Notes under the pieces: generated by a model
What the model was told of the DNA's origin: nothing
What the model saw: only the letters and a program-made list of their open reading frames with translations
Database searches by the model: none
Made by a program: the position numbers and the translations under genes
Assembly (NCBI GenBank): GCA_031376405.1
Contig: JANMDS010000163.1
Location: 1-57,768, forward strand
Source of the DNA: Betaproteobacteria bacterium
GTDB taxonomy: Bacteria; Pseudomonadota; Gammaproteobacteria; Burkholderiales; Casimicrobiaceae
DNA: 57,768 nt
Reading direction: 5' to 3'
In this document: piece by piece, positions 52,617-57,768 of the stretch
Layout of the letters: the number at the start of each line of letters is the position of its first letter
Numbering within the stretch: position 1 is the first letter of the stretch

Positions 52617-53087
52617 TTATAGCTCCGCTTGCAATTGCTTGAGCAAATCGGAGTGAACCTGTGGGTTCACCTCGCGGCGCAAAATCTTCGACGCGCCCGC
52701 CACAGCCAAATCGGAAACTTGATTGCGCAAGCCCTCTTTCGCTTTGAACACGAGCTGATCCATCTCCGATTTAGCAGCAGCCAATTGCTTTTCGCCTTCG
52801 GCTACGGCTTCGCCTTTAGAAGCTTCAATGCGCGTTGCCGCTTGCTTTTCAGCATTGGCAATTATTTCGCCGGCCTTGACTTTGGCTTCGGCAATCATCT
52901 TGTCGCCTTCGCGCTGGGCGGTGACGAGCGATGCTTTGCCTTTTTCAGCTTCAGCCAAGCCGTCAGCGATTTGCTTACGACGTGCCTCGATGGCGTTTGC
53001 AAGCGGCGGCATCACGAACTTCACAGTGAAGAACATGAAAAGGAAGAAGCCGATGGCTTGCAGGATCAACGTGCCGTTGATATCCAT
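52617..53087 (-). CDS. atpF: F0 ATP synthase subunit b
   Basis: 156 aa with a single N-terminal TM segment followed by a long charged helix. Its position in the operon fits. Confidence 0.9.
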   Translation of the reverse strand: MDINGTLILQAIGFFLFMFFTVKFVMPPLANAIEARRKQIADGLAEAEKGKASLVTAQREGDKMIAEAKVKAGEIIANAEKQAATRIEASKGEAVAEGEKQLAAAKSEMDQLVFKAKEGLRNQVSDLAVAGASKILRREVNPQVHSDLLKQLQAEL

Positions 53088-53159
53088 GACTTTGGTCTTT
53101 TCAAAAAATTAAACGAACAGTGCGGGAAAGCATCGCGGCGCAATGCGCCGCGAGCGCAT

Positions 53160-53471
<312 letters not shown>

Positions 53472-53495
53472 TTAAAAACAAAAAAATAAAAACGA

Positions 53496-54317
53496 TTAGT
53501 GCGACTCTTTTGCAAGCGACAAATACACCGCTGTGAGCATCATAAAAATGAACGCTTGCAGAGGCACAACAAGGATGTGGAAGATGGCCCATGCGGCGTG
53601 CAGGAGGCCCCCAAAAAAGATGCCGGTAACACCCGCAGCGCTCATCAAGGCAATCAACAAGAAAATGATTTCGCCTGCGTACATGTTGCCGTAGAGACGC
53701 AATGCGAGGGAGAGCGGCTTAGAAACGAGCTCAATTAACTGGAACAGGAAGTTAAAGGGCGCGAGGATAATCGTGCTGATCGGGCCTGAACCATGAAATG
53801 GCGTGCAGAAGAGCTCGTGAATGTAGCCACCAATGCCTTTGAATTTCACGCTAAATACAATCGTCAAAGCGATTACGGAAAGCGCGAGCGCTAGCGTGGT
53901 GTTGATGTCTGCTGTGGCGACGGGCTTCCAGTGCTTAATTCCAACAAACTTCAAACCCTCGGCGAGCCAATCTACCGGTATGAACTTCATGGCGTTCATG
54001 AAAAATACCCAAATAAATACGGTCATGCAAATGCCGACGACAAACTTACGATCACCGTGGAAAATATCTTTAACTTGCGTGTCTACGAAGTCGTAGAGTA
54101 ATTCGATAAACGTTTGCTTTTTGTTCGGCACACCGTTGGAAGTCAGGCCACGAGTAAGCATGAATAAAAGGCCAAACACCAAAGCGCCTAAGCCCCACGC
54201 CATCAACACCGAGTCGAGGTGAACTTGGCCCAGACCACCCCACGTCACCTTCATGTTGGAGAGGTGATGGTCGATGTATTCGCCTGAGTTCGCGTAACCT
54301 TTTGCGCCGTCTGCCAT
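53496..54317 (-). CDS. atpB: F0 ATP synthase subunit a
   Basis: 273 aa, polytopic. It has the LSLALRLYGNMYAGE motif containing the essential Arg. Confidence 0.92.
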   Translation of the reverse strand: MADGAKGYANSGEYIDHHLSNMKVTWGGLGQVHLDSVLMAWGLGALVFGLLFMLTRGLTSNGVPNKKQTFIELLYDFVDTQVKDIFHGDRKFVVGICMTVFIWVFFMNAMKFIPVDWLAEGLKFVGIKHWKPVATADINTTLALALSVIALTIVFSVKFKGIGGYIHELFCTPFHGSGPISTIILAPFNFLFQLIELVSKPLSLALRLYGNMYAGEIIFLLIALMSAAGVTGIFFGGLLHAAWAIFHILVVPLQAFIFMMLTAVYLSLAKESH

Positions 54318-54342
54318 GTTCGTACCGAAACCTAAATTGAAC

Positions 54343-54777
54343 TTATTTGCTTACTACTTCTGAGTCGGTGCGGACAAAAAACGATGCCCGCCACGCCAAC
54401 AATGTGACTAAAAATGCTACGAGAAACGCTGGGTGGTGTAGTTGGGCATAAGTTTTGAACACAATCACAATTTGCACCACTACGCATACGATCTTCACGA
54501 TCTCAGCGCGTAACAACGGCCACAAACCCGTTCCAACTCCAGCAACACGGCTTTTATTGAGGCCTAGGTTCGCAACAAACCAATACACCCCGACCGCACT
54601 TGCATTGACCACTCCACCTAACAGCGCCGAAAGCGCGCCGTGCTGACCGACCCAAAAGTACGCAACGAGCGCACATAAAAGAGTGAGTATCGCCTGCCAC
54701 TTCAATACGGCCCGGATGGGGGCACTCGACAAAGCTTGCGAAGCAGCAGCCACAGCGTTCTTTCGTTCATACTGCAT
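54343..54777 (-). CDS. atpI: ATP synthase protein I
   Basis: It is a 144-aa small hydrophobic protein at the head of the atp operon. Confidence 0.7.
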   Translation of the reverse strand: MQYERKNAVAAASQALSSAPIRAVLKWQAILTLLCALVAYFWVGQHGALSALLGGVVNASAVGVYWFVANLGLNKSRVAGVGTGLWPLLRAEIVKIVCVVVQIVIVFKTYAQLHHPAFLVAFLVTLLAWRASFFVRTDSEVVSK

Positions 54778-54959
54778 GCTTGGGATGCCGTAGGCGTTAA
54801 CCTAAAGTACACCAAAGCAAACCCAAGATTGTAGCGGGAGGCCGCCCGTCGGGTCAATGCGACGGTTCGTTTTCTTCAAACTTTATGCCAGATTGGCATT
54901 GACTCGGAGCGAAACATTAAAGGCAAATTGCACCAAAACAAGGCAGATTACTGATTTTC

Positions 54960-55001
54960 GGGGAGATAATGCCGAAAAAGTGCTCCGTTTACGCCGCAGG
55001 T
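54960..55001 (-). repeat. Repeat unit, reverse orientation
   Basis: ggggagataatgccgaaaaagtgctccgtttacgccgcaggt. Confidence 0.85.
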
Positions 55002-55155
55002 TGTGCGTTTTGGTGAGCGCTTAAAGCTTCGAGACGTGAGTCTTCGTAAACTGTTGGCAATACGGCAGGTTTGGGAACGCCACGCTCTTCGGTACGCGTG
55101 AATCCGCGCCAGCGCCGAGGCGAAACCGAACACGAATCACGGGGATTTCAATTAC

Positions 55156-56277
55156 ATGCAGCGATGGCTAAGAAAAACGTTTGAGTTCGACGATGAGAAC
55201 GCGCGCCTCATTTCTATGGAAGGGCTGCGTGGTTTAGCCGTAACGCTTGTGTTTCTCGTGCACTACACCACGCTCGCCCGACCCTGGGTGGCGGCAAACT
55301 CATTGAGCGGGCAGATTATTGATTTGTTGCACAGCGTGGGCAACACCGGTGTTGATTTGTTTTTTGTGCTGAGCGGTTACCTCATTTACGGCACCCTCAT
55401 TGAGCGGCACAAGCCGTTTGGGCGCTATTTTTTAAGACGCGTCGAGCGCATTTACCCAACGTTTTTAGCCGTCACGCTGGTGTATTTGGTGTTGTCGTTC
55501 GCGTTCCCTTCGGAGAGCAAAATCCCCAAAGGTGCCGCCGCAGGCGGGCTGTTCGTTTTGCAAAATATGTTGTTCATGCCTGGCTTATTTGATATCCAAG
55601 CGCTCAACACCGTCACCTGGTCGCTCTCGTATGAGATGTTTTACTACCTCATCATTCCGGCGATCATCCCGCTTTTGGGCCTGCGCAGCTGGAGCCGAGC
55701 GCGGCGCATTCAGTTTTTTGTTGTGGCGCTGTTGGTGCTGGCGGTTTTGTTTTGGAAATTTGGCGGGCCCGCGCGGATGATGATGTTCATCGCCGGTATT
55801 GTCCTCTACGAGCTGGTGACTAAAGGCGTGCGCCTGAAGCAAGAAAACGGCTTGGGGCTTGTAGCCATCGCGCTTGGCATCATGACTGTATGGGTGCTGC
55901 ACGGCAAAGGCGTTTCGCTTCAAGTCGTGTTGCTCTGCCTATTTTTTGGCTACGGCTGCTTTGCCTGCTTTTGCGTGGCCGACGGCGCGCGCGGTGTAAC
56001 CCGAGCGGTATTTTGCTGGCGCCCGCTGCGCTGGCTGGGCAACATGAGCTATTCGTACTACCTCATTCACGGGCTCACCATCAAATTCTTCTTTTTGGTG
56101 CTGGGCAAAGTATTTCCCCCGCGCGCAGACCAAGCCGGCGCCATTTGGGCGCTATTGCCGCTTGCGTTTGTGATGACGCTCATTACCTCCGCCGTATTGT
56201 TTATCGCAGTGGAAAAGCCGTATTCGCTCACGCCAGGCGCGTTAATGGGTCGTTTCAAAAAGCGCGCGACAACGTAA
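55156..56277 (+). CDS. Acyltransferase family 3 membrane protein (O-acyl/acetyltransferase, OafA-like)
   Basis: 373 aa with about 10 TM segments. It has the N-terminal GLRGLAVTLVFLVHY and DLFFVLSGYLI motifs. Confidence 0.8.
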   Translation: MQRWLRKTFEFDDENARLISMEGLRGLAVTLVFLVHYTTLARPWVAANSLSGQIIDLLHSVGNTGVDLFFVLSGYLIYGTLIERHKPFGRYFLRRVERIYPTFLAVTLVYLVLSFAFPSESKIPKGAAAGGLFVLQNMLFMPGLFDIQALNTVTWSLSYEMFYYLIIPAIIPLLGLRSWSRARRIQFFVVALLVLAVLFWKFGGPARMMMFIAGIVLYELVTKGVRLKQENGLGLVAIALGIMTVWVLHGKGVSLQVVLLCLFFGYGCFACFCVADGARGVTRAVFCWRPLRWLGNMSYSYYLIHGLTIKFFFLVLGKVFPPRADQAGAIWALLPLAFVMTLITSAVLFIAVEKPYSLTPGALMGRFKKRATT

Positions 56278-56287
56278 TTCTCAAAAT

Positions 56288-56355
56288 ACCTGCGGCGCAA
56301 AACCCGCATTTTTTGGGAGATATCATCCAGAAACTGTCTTTTTTACGCCGCAGGT
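56288..56355. repeat. Complete head-to-head repeat pair
   Basis: acctgcggcgcaaaacccgcattttttgggagatatcatccagaaactgtcttttttacgccgcaggt. Confidence 0.9.
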
Positions 56356-56373
56356 ATTGGGCGCAAAACGCGC

Positions 56374-57141
56374 CTACGCCAACACCGCTAATGCCTGCGC
56401 GAGCAAAGCCGCGCCGGTGGCGGCGAGCACTTTTCCTTCCGATGTGATCGAAAGCGGCGCACCCGCCCAATCTGAAATCGCCCCGCCCGCGCCTTGTACG
56501 ATGGGTACGAGCGCCATGAAATCGTAGGGCTTTAAGTCCGCTTCGGCGATAACGTCTACAAAACCACACGCCAACATCCCGTAGCTGTAGCAATCGCCGC
56601 CGTAAATCATGGACTTCACTTTTTGCGTGAACCTTTGGTGCGCGGGCCAGTCGTGCGTCCATTGTGCGGGCGTGGTGGTGGCGGCAATCGCCTCGTCGAT
56701 CGCCACTTGCGCACGCACGTTGCATGGCGTGTTGTTAAACGTAGTGAACTTGCCTGCGCAACCTACCCAGCGCTCTTCGGTAATAGGTTGATCGATGATG
56801 CCAAGCACAGGCTGTCCCCAGTGGGCAAGGGCGATGAGCGTGCCAAACGTGGCCCGTCCGGTTATAAAGCTTTTAGTACCATCAATCGGGTCGAGCACCC
56901 ACACCCACTCGGCGTGCACGTTTACGTCTCCATGCTCTTCGCCCAAGATGCCGTGTTCGGGCAGATTACGCCGCAAATACGCCACCATCGCCGCTTCGAT
57001 TTCCTGATCGGCGATAGTCACCGGCGAGGCATCGCCTTTGCGCTCCACCGTGAGTGGCTGGCGAAAATATTTTTTTGCAATCGGGCGCGCGATGTCGGCT
57101 AAATCGTGGGCGGCGACAAGAAAATCGGAGGACTCAGACAT
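56374..57141 (-). CDS. Inositol monophosphatase family protein (possibly a HisN-type histidinol-phosphatase)
   Basis: 255 aa. It has GEE, WVLDPIDGTKSF and GGDCYSYG motifs of the IMPase/FBPase fold. Confidence 0.8.
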   Translation of the reverse strand: MSESSDFLVAAHDLADIARPIAKKYFRQPLTVERKGDASPVTIADQEIEAAMVAYLRRNLPEHGILGEEHGDVNVHAEWVWVLDPIDGTKSFITGRATFGTLIALAHWGQPVLGIIDQPITEERWVGCAGKFTTFNNTPCNVRAQVAIDEAIAATTTPAQWTHDWPAHQRFTQKVKSMIYGGDCYSYGMLACGFVDVIAEADLKPYDFMALVPIVQGAGGAISDWAGAPLSITSEGKVLAATGAALLAQALAVLA

Positions 57142-57208
57142 TGCAATAGATTATTATGGAGGGTTAAATGATTTACGCAACTACGCAACCATTGTAAGGA
57201 GCTTCAAA

Positions 57209-57712
57209 ATGATTTCAGCAGGCGAAAGACTTCCCGCAGGCACGCTTTACGAATCGCCCGGCCACGACGATGGCAAAAACTGCCCGATGCCGCCCCAGCC
57301 GGTGGACATGGCCGCTGCCGCAGCAGGGCGCAAGATTGTGATTTTTGGCTTGCCCGGCGCCTACACACCAACGTGTTCAGCGCAGCACGTACCGAGCTAT
57401 CTTAAAAATTTAGATGCATTAAAAGCCAAAGGCGTAGCCGAAGTGTTTTGTATGTCGGTTAACGACGGCTTCGTAATGGGCGCCTGGGGCCGCTCGCAAG
57501 GCACAGACGGCAAAGTGCGCATGGTGGGCGACGGCAGCGCGGCGTTTACCAAAGCATTGGGTTTGGAGCTCGATCTTACGGCGCGTGGCATGGGCGTGCG
57601 TTGCGACCGCTTCGCGATGATTGTGGACAATGGTGTGGTCACACACATCGCCAAAGAAGCGCCGGGGAAATTTGAAGTATCTTCAGGCGACGCGATTTTG
57701 GCGAAGCTGTAA
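57209..57712 (+). CDS. Peroxiredoxin (Prx5/type II subfamily)
   Basis: Start trimmed to the ATG at 57209 with an AAGGA RBS. It has FGLPGAYTPTCSAQHVP with the peroxidatic Cys. The upstream part of the tracked ORF is antisense to the IMPase gene. Confidence 0.85.
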   Translation: MISAGERLPAGTLYESPGHDDGKNCPMPPQPVDMAAAAAGRKIVIFGLPGAYTPTCSAQHVPSYLKNLDALKAKGVAEVFCMSVNDGFVMGAWGRSQGTDGKVRMVGDGSAAFTKALGLELDLTARGMGVRCDRFAMIVDNGVVTHIAKEAPGKFEVSSGDAILAKL

Positions 57713-57729
57713 ATAAATAAACCCTCGAT

Positions 57730-57768
57730 ACCTGCGGCGCAAAAAGGCCGTTTTTTAGGAGATATCTC
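57730..57768 (+). repeat. Repeat unit, forward, cut by the window end
   Basis: acctgcggcgcaaaaaggccgttttttaggagatatctc. Confidence 0.85.

Noticed and set aside
54860-54925. A TGCCAGATTGGCA dyad and a TTGGCATTGACT sigma-54-like string upstream of atpI.
   Set aside because: The -24/-12 spacing and the GC element do not fit TGGCAC-N5-TTGC. It is a single occurrence with no supporting context.

Overview
The window looks like a chromosomal segment of a moderately high-GC proteobacterium. It is probably a betaproteobacterium, inferred from the rsfS-rlmH-maf-rng order, the divergent cytochrome c4/engB pair, a Bug/TctC-family binding protein and LIV-type ABC genes. Most of it is housekeeping:
- RNase G, Maf, RlmH, RsfS, MoeB, CtpA, PanB, MnmE, Upp, FtsY, EngB, WaaA and WaaC
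- a complete atpIBEFHAGDC operon
- a peroxiredoxin and one tRNA-Gly(CCC)

Accessory content:
- a PQQ dehydrogenase plus cytochrome c pair with a lanthanide-type DYD motif
- a LIV-type ABC transporter locus with shikimate-dehydrogenase-like, FAD-oxidoreductase and TIM-barrel genes
- an overlapping mnmE / GT-C / GT2 / S41-peptidase gene string
- a higBA toxin-antitoxin cassette whose toxin carries an in-frame TGA
- a low-GC islet with a 5-methylcytosine methyltransferase and a PD-(D/E)xK endonuclease candidate

The most unusual signal is at DNA level. A ~42-nt repeat unit (ACCTGCGGCGYAAAA..TTTTT..TTATCTCCCC) occurs singly or as ~70-nt head-to-head palindromes at about 25 loci, in nearly every intergenic spacer. 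Several copies are embedded in frame inside conserved genes (mnmE, waaC, ftsY, the GT-C membrane protein, and the 5' ends of panB and the TctC-like gene). One copy is split by a 158-bp MITE-like insertion with perfect 16-bp inverted ends and a 5-bp target duplication.

All functional calls come from reading the translations by eye. No database search was run.
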